The translations under genes were made by a program, and so were the position numbers. A DNA stretch of 59,164 bases, counting the filler, from Dugesia japonica (lineage: Eukaryota), in NCBI GenBank assembly GCA_001938525.1. It is 5 parts of 5 records of this genome, joined end to end, with 100 filler letters (N's around TTAATTAATTAA, not from the genome) between each part and the next. Parts side by side here need not be neighbours in the genome. Positions count along the whole stretch, not along the records: positions 35,138 to 46,448 come from MQRL01631167.1; positions 46,549 to 59,164 come from MQRL01617781.1; 3 more parts are not named here. One strand, given 5' to 3'. Of the stretch, positions 38,882 to 50,500 are shown piece by piece (the stretch's first letter is position 1; each line of letters begins with the position of its first letter). The notes under the pieces are model-generated. The model worked only from the letters and a program-made list of their open reading frames with translations, was not told the DNA's origin and did not search any database.

Positions 38882-41800
38882 ATATCCCTAATATTCCTTT
38901 TCTTTAAAACTTTTGAGCCATTCAACATTTCTTATAAAATTTCTTCCCTTTATATCTGTAATTTCATAACTTCGTTCATGTAATCTTTTCGAAACTTTAT
39001 ACGGTCCATTATATCTTTCTACATTTTTATGTCGATTATCTTTTTTTACTAATACTGTGTCATCAACTGCAATGTTCTAATTCTCGAATGATGATCAACT
39101 GTGTTTTTATTATTATCTGTTATTTCTTCGTGAATAGGATTTCTATCTTGCATTTTATCCGTTTTATGCCATTCTGTTCTGTGTATTTTAAAACGAAAAA
39201 CCACTTCGACTGGACTCTTTTTACTTGTTTTTTGAGTTGAAGCATTCATGGAAAATTCTATTTCTGGAATCAAAACTGCCCATTTTTTGTTCTTATTATT
39301 CGTTACAGAAGTGTATTTATACAATATCTTATTGTTCTAAATTGTCGTTCTATTAATCCATTAGCGCTGTGGTGATATGGACTAGAATAAACTACTTGTA
39401 TCTTATATTTATCAACACATTCTTTAATTATTTTTTATTCAAAACTTTTACCGCAGTCTAAATATATTTTACGAGGTGCACCATATTTTAGAATCCATTT
39501 CTTAACCAAAGTATCAGTTATAGTATTTTCATCTTGTTTAGCGATTGCTGTTAATGAAATATACCTACTAAAATGATCTATTATTGCTAATAAATATTTT
39601 TCTTGATGCCAAGTTGACCACAAATATCAATATAAATATTCTAAAATGGCTTTGAAGATGTTTTTGGAATTATGTCATCTTTCGTTCCAGTAGTTATTAT
39701 TTTTGTTTTTGGGATGCTTCACATCCATCAATAATTTCTTTCACAAAGCTTGCCAAACTTTTCATATCAAAATTATTTTTAATATATGATTTTACTTTTT
39801 CACATCCAGGATGACATAAAATAAAATGAGTTTTTTTAATAAATTCAGCTTTCTTAATTTCTGGTATCCATATTTTATTATCTTTCGTTCTTATAATATC
39901 TTTTACTGACTGAAGATAACCCTTTCTAGTTTTTCCAATTTGCTTTTTTATTTCTTCTATTTCTTGAACTCCATGTTGCCATTCTTTTCCAACATTATCA
40001 GTCATTAATGTCAAGATACGAGTTTTTAACTTTCCTGATTTGGCTTTTGGATAACTCATTTGACACTGGGAACAAGCTGTACATGATTGTCGAGATAATG
40101 AATCAGCATTTTCATGTAAAATTCCCAGTCGATATTCCATCTTAATATCTAAACTGCTTAAGAAGTTTGTCCATGTGTTGGGGTGAAACACCCACTAAAG
40201 TAGAGAATAAATCAAGAGAGGAAATAGAGCACAAAAAGCAACAATAAAAGGAAATGAAATTAAAATGAAGAAGGTATAGAAGAAATGGAAGCTATTTATG
40301 ATCATTGATTAAGAAAATTTTAACAATTAAAAAGAAATAACCAGAAAAAATAATATGGAAAATAATTAATTAATACGAAAAAATTAATTAATTTCAAACA
40401 AAAAATAAACAAAATTAGTTAAAAATATGTTTTTTACCAATAACTCCGGGCCAAGACCTCAGAGAAAGTTCAAATAAGAAAAATTGAACAGAGAACCAGT
40501 CGGTGCAATAAGAATCCAAGAAAGAAAAAGCGTACCACCTTCCAGANNNNNNNNNNNNNNNNNNNNNNNNNNNNNNNNNNGACATCCAGAAAATAAAAAT
40601 AAAACAAAGACACCGATGTCAGGTGCTCCTCTAAAAATAGTTGCCAATCATGGCACCGAAATTTACAGAAAATTTCAGAAAATCCGTGCTGGCACCAATA
40701 AGATCGAAAAGAAGCTGGTCTAAAAATACCAGCAAATCTGAACATAGTTGGGGGTGTCCAGAAAACCATATATAAGGAACCCCAGTTTTAGACGGAAAAA
40801 ACTCAACAAAAACAAAAAACCAACTGATAATAAATCTTAAGTTCGACGTAATAAAAGCTTTAAGGATTTTTCTGTTGATTGATCTAAAGAAATTAATCAG
40901 TTATCAGTTACTGCGCAGCAAGTTGCCGAATAATTGAGAAATCGCATCAAGTGGGATAATTGTTAAACAGAACAAGCTTAATTAATTTTTCAGAACAATA
41001 ATTAAAGAAGTTCGATTCAAGAAGTTTTTTCTATTCGAAAACTAACAAGGCATATTTTACCAGTACCCGTTGCAGAGCAAAAAAGAAAACCGGCCCGAAT
41101 TAATTTATATTTTGTGGAAACCTTTATAAGTAATTATTTATTTCTGTGTTTTATGATGAAATATGCGTAAATGAATTTAGTAACTATATCTTTGATAAAA
41201 TAAACATTTAATCTTAATTTAATAAACCTTTGAGTATGTGTCTAAATCATTTTAACCAAATTATTTATATAGTTGACCAAGAAATAACATTTAATCGGAT
41301 TTCACTAAATAATCAAGTTTGCGAGTAAACAAAAAAACTCTGATACTTAATTCCCTCAAATGTATTCATATAATAAACATTAAACAAACTTTGAATCATA
41401 TTTCATGTGATGATTGAATGTAGGTGTTTTTAACTAACATTTCCCAACGAAAATTATTATTTTCACAAGCCTTACAACTTTATTTTTATAAGATTGATTA
41501 CCGATATGAATAAAATAATAAGTCATAATAAATGTATTCTGAATAAAAAAATCTTGTTTCATAAATGAACATGACAATATTTCGATACAATAAAGACTGA
41601 CCTGAAATTTNNNNNNNNNTAATCTCATTTAAAGAAAACCCACGATGATAAATATAACTCATAATGAGTAAATTTGATCCGCTGGAGTAAAATTCATTGT
41701 TACCTTGATTTCTTTGGTGAATAACGATGGCATATTAATTTGATTAAAATTTCCAATGTGGATTTAACTAACAAATTTTTGTCCAATACGATTAAATACT

Positions 41801-42660
41801 CCATCAAAAGCATAACTATAGATAATGCCCCTATTCCTCATTAATTGTAGTCTGAAATTTGATGGACTTGTCCTGTTCTATCATCTACTCCAGATGGCAT
41901 ATTTTTTCTTACTAAACTGAAAATGTCGTAATCTGATAACAAGCACCACAATGCCAAATTGTTGTAAATTAACTGTGTGTGTTAACAACTCCAACTGGTA
42001 CGATAATCGACCCACACACACTGTTTTAAACACACCCGCCACTAGTTGGAAATGATGGGAATTGAATTACTCTATATTAAGCCATGGCCTTGAATGGTAG
42101 GCATGGTAACATAAACAATATATTTTATTAAATTTTGTTAGTTCGATTTTCTTGTAACATTTTCTATATCTACTTAATTATAAATATTCATTGGCAAGTT
42201 GCAATAAAATACCACTGGTCAACGTAAGGACTCGGTACCTCTTTGAAATAAAACCTAGACGGTTACCAACTCTGAACTCACCAAGTGATCAATAAAATAT
42301 ATTACTTGGTAACAATTAGAATACTAAATATCGTTGTTAAGCATAAGATGCACAACCGTAATTGGGTGAAATCCCTCACATCATTCATGAATTAATTGAG
42401 TGAAATTATTGATTCTTGTATGCAATTGGGTTATTAACAGATTATGTGGATAAAGGATTAATTCACCCTCTCAGTATCACCATTATAATTCTTCATTTCA
42501 ATGCATGTTATCAATCTGATTAGCGATTCTTATTATGAACATTATGACTTCTCTGATTATTATTGTGGCCTTTGTGGTTGGGAGCAATTATGAGTATTGC
42601 TACAATTTTGTCATTTTCATAAGACGATAGTTTTTCTCATTATGATAATTAAGAATAGCC

Positions 42661-42693
<33 letters not shown>

Positions 42694-42968
42694 NNNNNNN
42701 NNNNNNNNNNNNNNNNNNNNNNNNNNNNNNNNNNNNNNNNNNNNNNNNNNNNNNNNNNNNNNNNNNNNNNNNNNNTGAGTATTTTTGCCTTGATTGTTAG
42801 AGACATTATGGTTGGTCCTACGCGTATCATATATCACTCCCAGTAGTCCTGCCATGATACTGATTCCTATTCCGTGGATATCCAATAAGAAATATAAATT
42901 CTGAGTAATGGCAAACTGAATATTCCTGTTAAGGTATCACCGTTACCAGCAGCGCTAGCCCCAGTATC

Positions 42969-43258
42969 ATGATTAAGGTCCATAAGATTCTACCCAGTAA
43001 ATTTATTAACGGTAAAACCCCCCAACCTCGACAATTATGAAATCATACGGTAATAAATTTTCTATTTTAGCAATGACAGCAAGACTACGCAACATGCTGC
43101 GATGGATCAAAAGACAGCGGCAATCCACTAGACTCAAACCATTAATTGCTCATTATCTAACACAGGGAGCAGTGGAACACCCCGACGAGACGGACCTTCA
43201 ATGTTTCGTCGAGATGTTCCCGCTCGCACCACGAGTCGATCTAGATAAGGGAGAATGA
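42969..43258 (+). CDS. LTR cassette leader exon (42969-43011) and terminal exon A (43071-43258)
   Basis: MIKVHKILPSKFIN G|GTAAAA phase-1 donor, 59-nt intron, TATTTTAG|CA acceptor in frame with MTARLRNMLRWIKR...PDETDLQCFVEMFP; TGA; AATAAA at 43303. The true start may lie further upstream. Confidence 0.7.
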
Positions 43259-43396
43259 TCAGCCCACTTGACGTTTAAGCATCCCTTTGATTTTTTTTTG
43301 CAAATAAAATGGTGTGTTGAGTTAAATTGAAATAATTGTTATATTCACCGTTCTTAATTCATCATATCGTCGATTTGTATAATTTTTCTTTTATAG

Positions 43397-43811
43397 GCTT
43401 TTAAAAATGGAATATGTCTGGGACGTGACCCTGGATACTCGATCTGGTCTAACCACATTCAAAAAATTTAGGAATCTCTATAATCAGGATGCAGGAATAC
43501 TAGTAGATCGCTCCAATGTATCTCCAGAGCAAGCCGAGTATGATCGCCACTGGGATGAGACGGAGCGAGCCGCTTACTATCATTGGCGTGGACCTAGAAG
43601 GGGACAATTAAGCTCTTCTCCCATATCGGCGGATGCATCCCTNCCACGCATAGATCGGGTGTGGTCGGAAAGCCCAACAGTAGTAGATCTGACCACAACC
43701 CAGCTACCTCCGTATTCGCAGCTTTCAGCGTTCATCCAGAATAATTTGTGGATTGAACGGAATGCCCTTAATTACGGGAACAACGAGAATGCGACTCAGG
43801 AGGATTTGTAG
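43397..43811 (+). CDS. LTR cassette exon B (134 aa from the ATG at 43407), unknown function
   Basis: Acceptor TTTTTATAG at 43396, open frame, TAG stop, AATAAA at 43888; homolog at 13885-14075. Confidence 0.7.
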
Positions 43812-43967
43812 CCCTCTCCTTTTTGTGTTTCTGAATGTGGTTTAGTTTAGTAGAAAAACTTAGGTGTCTTCTTTTGAGTCTGATTAGAATAAATAATTCT
43901 TTATGCGTTTCATAATTTAATTATATAAACCCTTATCGATTATTAATTGTATCTTGCTTTCTTATAG

Positions 43968-44328
43968 TGCACTCCTCGCTAAATCGCCCTCCGGCCCCCA
44001 CTAAAAAAATTCGTGAAGATAGTGAGGACATAGAGATGTCATGGAGTCTGTATCGTCTAGCTAAACGGCGGTGGGAAGCCGACGTAGCGACCGCGAATGC
44101 AAAGGTAAAAAGGTACAAAACTAAATGTACCAACATTCGCGAGGAAATGCGTCTTGTACAGGAACAAGAACGAGCCTGAAAAACCCAAGTCGAATCATTC
44201 GCAGAGATTATCCGGTCCAGCCATGACCGAAAAAATAAACTGGTGAAAGACATTTTGTTGTTAAAAGATAAGTCTTATCTGGAGCCCCTTATGATAGACA
44301 AGGGCACACAGACTAAGAATGCTTCCCG
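43968..44328 (+). pseudogene. LTR cassette exon C, coiled-coil protein with DKGTQT motif
   Basis: Acceptor TTTCTTATAG|TG; one TGA (44177) where the homolog has TGG; runs into an N gap. Confidence 0.8.
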
Positions 44329-44470
44329 NNNNNNNNNNNNNNNNNNNNNNNNNCATCAATTTTATTTTGTTACTTGATTGTTTTGGGTTTTTAAAGTCTC
44401 TTTTTGTTAATGATAGAATTGGTGGAAATTTTTACTTAGCTCATGCTCACTTAATATCCTTGTATTTTAG

Positions 44471-44853
44471 TGCCTAGGATTCAATTACCTAATAGCATCA
44501 GGAGATGTCATCGTGTCTTACGCCGCCTCCTCATCGAACGTCATTTGAAGAGAAAAGCTGATAAGGCTCTGCTAAAACACCTAGAACAACGCGATCGATT
44601 AATTAAAAAACTCGACCTTGTTATAAAGAAACAAACGGATTGAGCCACCCAAACTAAAGCTTTGGAAGCTGAAAACAAACTTCTTCTGCAGCGCAAGATA
44701 GACTTTCTAAAACAATATATTGCTGACCAGTCGCTCCAGATTGGCAATCCAAATACTACTCAGTGGGATGAAGACGACGATATAGCCATGTTTAATTTCA
44801 TCACCACTACCCCTGACCAATGGCTAGATCCGGAAGCTGTCGATTTATTATAA
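44471..44853 (+). pseudogene. LTR cassette exon D, basic/coiled-coil protein with acidic-aromatic tail
   Basis: Acceptor TGTATTTTAG|TG; PRIQLPNSIRRCHRVL...WDEDDDIAMFNFITTTPDQWLDPEAVDLL*; one internal TGA (44641); AATAAA at 44868. Confidence 0.8.
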
Positions 44854-46448
44854 ATATGTTATTATTAAATAAATATTTTGATTAGAATAATAAAGACTTT
44901 TAATTATCCCAAAATAATAATAGGGAAAATTTATAGAACCCGAATCAAAGGTTTGCTGGTGGGCACCTCCCATTAGGATTGAGGTCAACCGCAGTAAACT
45001 GAAAGTCTACCATAGGGACGGTAGGATTAAATTCTTGAAAGGGTTCCCCTGAGAACTGTTTTTCCCCAGTCACTTTTCAAACTCAGGTAGAACCCCAACA
45101 CATGTCTGGAATTGTGAAGTAATCGGCTTTTTTGTAGATAACATAAAAGTAATAGCCTTATGATCCGTTCGAAGAAAAAATTATTTATCATACAAATAAT
45201 GATTGAAGTGTTGAGTGAAATAATAAATAGCTAACAATTCCTTTCTTGTAATACAAGAAACTCTTTCGTGCGAACTCATTGCATGTGATCCATAAAAAAT
45301 AAATCGTTCGTTACCATTTTCATCTAATTGTGAGAGTATTGCTCCAATTACATCAAAGCTAGAGTCCATGTCCAAAATAAAAGCTTTGTTGAAATCCGGA
45401 AACACTGGAATTTTCTGTAAAGCCATTTTTAATTAATTAAACGACTCATCACACTGATCAGACCAAATCAACTTTTCATTACCTTTACCACACAATGCCT
45501 CTAGAATTCTAGCCTTTTCTGCATATTTATTTATAAGTTTTCAATAATAATTACATAATTCTAAAAAACTTCTCAAACTCTTAATACATTTCGTCCTTTC
45601 AAATTTACTTATTGCTACAATTTTACTTTGATCTGTACGTATTCCCTCACTTGTAATAATATGTCCGAGAAATTTAACTTCTTTTTTCAATAACGAACAT
45701 TTGTCTGAATTAATTCTTAAACCTGCAGTTTTTATTTTACTTAACACATTATTTAAATGAATCATGTGCTCTTCCAAGGAATTAGAAAAACTAAGATATC
45801 ATTCAAATAAACCAAGGCTTTGACACCATTTATCTCGATTAATACTTTATTCATAAGTTATTGAAACCTTTCTGGAGCAGCAACATTACCAAATGACATT
45901 CTTGTAAAATAGAATTGTCCTAATTTTGTTGAAAATGCTGTTTTTTCTTGTGATTTTCATCCAATTCCACTTGATAATAAGCATTTCCAAGNTCAATTGA
46001 ACTAAAATATCGTGCACCAAGTAAAGTATCCAACAATTCTTCCACATTTGGCATCGGGAAAGTTTGTCTAACAGTTATTTTGTTTAGTTGTCTANNNNNN
46101 NNNNNNNNNNNNNNNNNNNNNNNNNNNNNNNNNNNNNNNNNNNNNNNNNNNNNNNNNNNNNNNNNNNNNNNNNNNNNNNNNNNNNNNNNNNNNNNNNNNN
46201 NNNNNNNNNNNNNNNNNNNNNNNNNNNNNNNNNNNNNNNNNNNNNNNNNNNNNNNNNNNNNNNNNNNNNNCTTCGGTTATTATCGAATGTTTTATCAAAT
46301 TTGTACATTCAATATCCCACGCGTCTACCATGAAAGCTGACTTGTTTTTAGTTATTATATGATATAATTCAGAATTTTTCTCTATTTTAAAAGTTTTTAT
46401 AGCCTTCTCAAATCTTTGCTCATCAGTTACTTCTTTACCAAAATTTGT

Positions 46449-46548
46449 NNNNNNNNNNNNNNNNNNNNNNNNNNNNNNNNNNNNNNNNNNNNTTAATTAA
46501 TTAANNNNNNNNNNNNNNNNNNNNNNNNNNNNNNNNNNNNNNNNNNNN
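46449..46548. other. Artificial contig-joining spacer
   Basis: N44-TTAATTAATTAA(46493-46504)-N44. Confidence 0.95.
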
Positions 46549-47586
46549 AAATTTAATATATATTTTATTCTTTTTAAAATATATTTAATTTAGAAAAATA
46601 CTTTATAATAAAAATCTTTTATTCATTTCTTTTTATGTTTTAAAAAATCCTTAAATTTTAATCATTTATTTTATAGTTTATTTTCTTGATATAATTTTAA
46701 ATATACTTTTGATTTTACTAAATTCCGTTTTAAAAGATAAAAAACTTTAAATCTGTTCTTTTAAAAAACTATCTTATTGGCAGCTTCAATTACTTCCATC
46801 TTTTCATTTAATGTGATTTGACAACTTTTATATTTTCGAAGCTTCATTATATTGACTATATTATTCAAAAAAATATTTTCTTACAGTTTAACGATTTTTC
46901 CCTTAAATCAATATATAATAATAATCAAAATAAATCAATAATAATAATTTAATTTTCCAAAGATGTTGTTATATCGAGTGATAAAGTAAGGGAAATAATT
47001 ATTCATGCTTTAAAANNNNNNNNNNNNNNNNNNNNNNNNNNNNNNNNNNNNNNNNNNNNNNNNNNNNNNNNNNNNNNNNNNNNNNNNNNNNNAACGAGGG
47101 TGTCGCTACATTGAGTTTGTACTGTATAATAAATTTTCTACAATTTCCTAGATATGCCAAAAAAATTCAAATTAGTTTTTAAATTATTTGAATTTATTAT
47201 ACAAGTATTTTGTTATTATACTTGTAAGTTGTTTTCTATTGAATAATATATACAATTAAACACACGGAAAAAACAATTAAATTTTCATTTAATTTTTATT
47301 TTCTAAATCTTTTGAATAATTAATTAAAAATATATACGTAAATTTTTATTTAAGACGCCATTTTGTTCAGTTTAATAATGAATTAAAATTTCACACAAGT
47401 TATTCTATTAAACAGCAGCATTGTTCAATGAATTGAATTCTAAAGAATTTCGATATCTTACGTAATTTTCTAACTATTAACACAATTATTTAATCATCAT
47501 AATTATTTCCTGTTATTAACTGGTTTATCGCTTTTTGTAATCATTTACGCAAATAATTTCATTCATTTTGAAATTTTCTATTAACA

Positions 47587-50500
47587 ATGGAATGGTGGGC
47601 AATATTTCTTATGGTTTTGGTTTTGTTTACCCTAGTTATATGTGTTTCATATTTTGTGTTAAAAATTTATTTCCCATACCATTTTGCAACCTTCAGTTAC
47701 CATGTCAATACAGGAGGACATTATGCTTCCAATGAACCACCAACTTTGGCTACTTTTCGATCGAAATCTGACGTAAGTTTAGAAAAAATATAAAATTATT
47801 TAAAAATTACAAAGAAAATTATTTCCAATTAGGGAGATATTATTTTTACTGAAACCGGTTGTTATGCTAAACCAAATACTGCTTCGGGGAAATCGTTATT
47901 GTCTACATCGAGAGGTAACATTAATTATTTCTATTTTACTTAATTAGTTTAACTAGATTTAGATGATCTCCCAGTAACAACCGATTCTACTATATTACTA
48001 GATAGTTCTGTTACAGAATTAGGACAAATTCAAATTGGTCTTGATGTAGATTATGATACATCAGAATTGGTAGTATTAGTTATTCAAGGAAAACGATTTC
48101 AATTACCAGATTCTGTTGATATCAAAAACACAATTGAAGAATTAGATTTCTATATTTGTTTAGACTTAATTCACAGTGACGACATTACCAGCTCATCTAA
48201 AACAAAAGTTAATTTTGAATTTTTCTTNNNNNNNNNNNNNNNNNNNNNNNNNNNNNNNNNNNNNNNNNNNNNNNNNNNNNNNNNNNNNNNNNNNNNNNNN
48301 NNNNNNNNNNNNNNNNNNNNNNNNNNNNNNNNNNNNNNNNNNNNNNNNNNNNNNNNNNNNNNNNNNNNNNNNNNNNNNNNNNNNNNNNNNNNNNNNNNNN
48401 NNNNNNNNNNNNNNNNNNNNNNNNNNNNNNNNNNNNNNNNNNNNNNNNNNNNNNNNNATTTTTGATAAGAGAATTCCATAAATTTTTTAGTTAGATTATT
48501 GTTATTATTTGTAGTTTTTATTTGTATTTGATTTATAATTATTAAATTATTTTTTTCAGAAATGCATAAAATAATTGTTTTTTGAAACAAGTAAAATATA
48601 TAAAATAAAAAATTCAAAAATATCAATTATATTCCAAATTATTACTTAAAACTATTACTGATAATTATTACTTAAAAATACTTTCAAATTATTCCAATGA
48701 AGTCTTTTTTGTAGGAAAATGCCATATATATATACATGTAAAAATTATTGATGTAACAACGAAATAATATATAAAAATTAATTTTTTTTTAAATTATATC
48801 TTGTGTTTTCTTAAACTTGAAGACTAACACAAAGTTATACAAATTTTTTTTTAAAGAAAATTATTTAACAGATAAATACAACCACAAACAATTTAATTTC
48901 AAAGTGAATTTCGAAATATGCTTTTGCTAAAAATTCTCTTATATGCTGATAGAATGATTTTTTTCGCTTAACAACATTGTCAATATAAATTTTCTAATTA
49001 TTTTTTTTCCTAAATTTTCTAAAAATTTTCTAAAAATTTCCTAATTATTGTTTTCGTTTTATGCAGCCTAATATTGTCCATTAAAAAAGTTTTATTTCAA
49101 AATAGATTAATTTCATCACACTCTTGTAAAAGAAAATTGAAAATTTTCTGAATCAACTTTATTCAATGTATTTGCATTTCAATACTCTTTCTGTTGAAAT
49201 AACTACCGATATACTATTTGTTCCCTATTTGTTGAAACTGTTATTCTGGCTGGAAAACGTTTGGAATTATTGACTGTTTTTCTTATCCATAATAATTATC
49301 AGTCACCTTCATGTTATTCTCGGTTTTTTAAAGTATTTTGAAATACTAGATTGGCATTTATTTCTTCATCATATTGACATAGACTGGCATCTTCAATAAA
49401 TTTTTAAGCTGTATTTATCAGTTTATCTGATTAAAAGATTAGCTTTCGTAGCCGACTTATTAATTAATTTAATAATAATAATATTATTTAATTTAATAAT
49501 AATTTAATAATTAATGAAAATTAATTAATTAATTTTGGAAAGTCACAATCGTTTTTCTTCATTGCTTTATTCAGCCAATTATTAACAGTTATTTAGGACA
49601 AGCTCAAATCCTCGGTAATTTCACTTACATTCTTACCTAATGAATACATGTTTCATATATTTTTAATTGTTGCCAATGTGATATTTCTCCATTTTTCCCG
49701 TATTATTTCAGACAAGTTACTTGTTGGATATTCACCGTTGATCATTAGGAGTGAACAATTTTTAAAACGATATATAAATAAATTTATATAAATAAATAAA
49801 TAAATTTTTATGGAATAAATAGAAAAACTGACTACTAATTTTACTAAAAAAAATTTTTTATTTTATCTCAAATCAACATCTGATATTGCCGCTAGTCTTT
49901 TACTTTATTTTATATTTTTTCTTTAATTTTTAAACTTTCTAAAAATATCTAATTAAATGATTTGAAAATGTTAAATTAAAAATTAAACATCAGAATAACC
50001 ATTGTCAACTGTGAACATAATTAAATCATCTTATAGCATGTTTCTTTTTTTAATTTGAATTTATAAATGAATAGTTATTGTTTAAATAAATTGAACAGTT
50101 TGAATTAAATCGAGTAATTTTGTCTTTTAAAACAAATACCTATTTATATGAATCAAGTAATTTGAAAATTATATTTCTTATCGTTTTATTTAAAAATAAA
50201 ATAAAGAAAGTAATAAAGAAAAACGAAAATATTTTCGTCATTTTTATGGAATTAAAATAATACGGTTTAAAAAAAGTTTATTTAAATAACGAGGAAATAA
50301 TATATAAACTTAATTATGTATTAGCTATTTCAGGGGTGCACAATCTTTTTTCTAGACGGGCTTCAAATCAATGTCGCTGGCCATGTAAAAATTTTGGGTC
50401 GAATGTTATGCATCACTGATTTTATAGGTACTATACTATGTAACTTAGAAAATTTAATATAGTAATGGTAAAGTGTCATTTTGCAGCTAGAATTTTGGAG

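Larger units (their letters stand above)
40176..45100 (+). mobile_element. 4925-bp solo Gypsy LTR
   Basis: Termini TGTTGGGGT...ACCCCAACA (9-bp perfect inverted repeat); 4-bp TSD CATG (40172-40175, 45101-45104); removing it restores the QFQTW motif of the host pol. Confidence 0.92.
38882..46448 (-). mobile_element. Gypsy pol (RT, RNase H, integrase), split by a solo-LTR insertion
   Basis: RT LGNAYYQVEL and EVKFLGH (45541-46070); RNase H FILDMDSS, ITRKELLAI, LRTDHK (45105-45430); resumes QT|WTNFLSSLD at 40175; integrase LCHPG, IIDHFSRY, LDCGKSF, IEFSMNAS (39000-40170). Confidence 0.93.

Noticed and set aside
43071-44471. Spliced-leader trans-splicing as the explanation for the acceptors
   Set aside because: Flatworm spliced leaders end in AUG, which would be out of frame with exons resuming in phase 1; a conserved cis donor is present upstream.
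40176-45100. Ginger-type DNA transposon (TGT ends, 4-bp TSD)
   Set aside because: Only a 9-bp inverted repeat, no integrase inside, and the same 5' end follows a Gypsy pol and purine tract at 38881.
24845-46448. Genome-wide TAA/TAG reassignment
   Set aside because: Stops in Gypsy, hAT and penton relics replace K, Q, W, S and L as expected for decay (one Tyr case at ~30078), and the synaptotagmin gene ends in TAA.
46080-48626. Track ORFs dominated by X (also 15671-16214, 20711-21025, 42597-42885)
   Set aside because: Open only because they cross N gaps or microsatellites.
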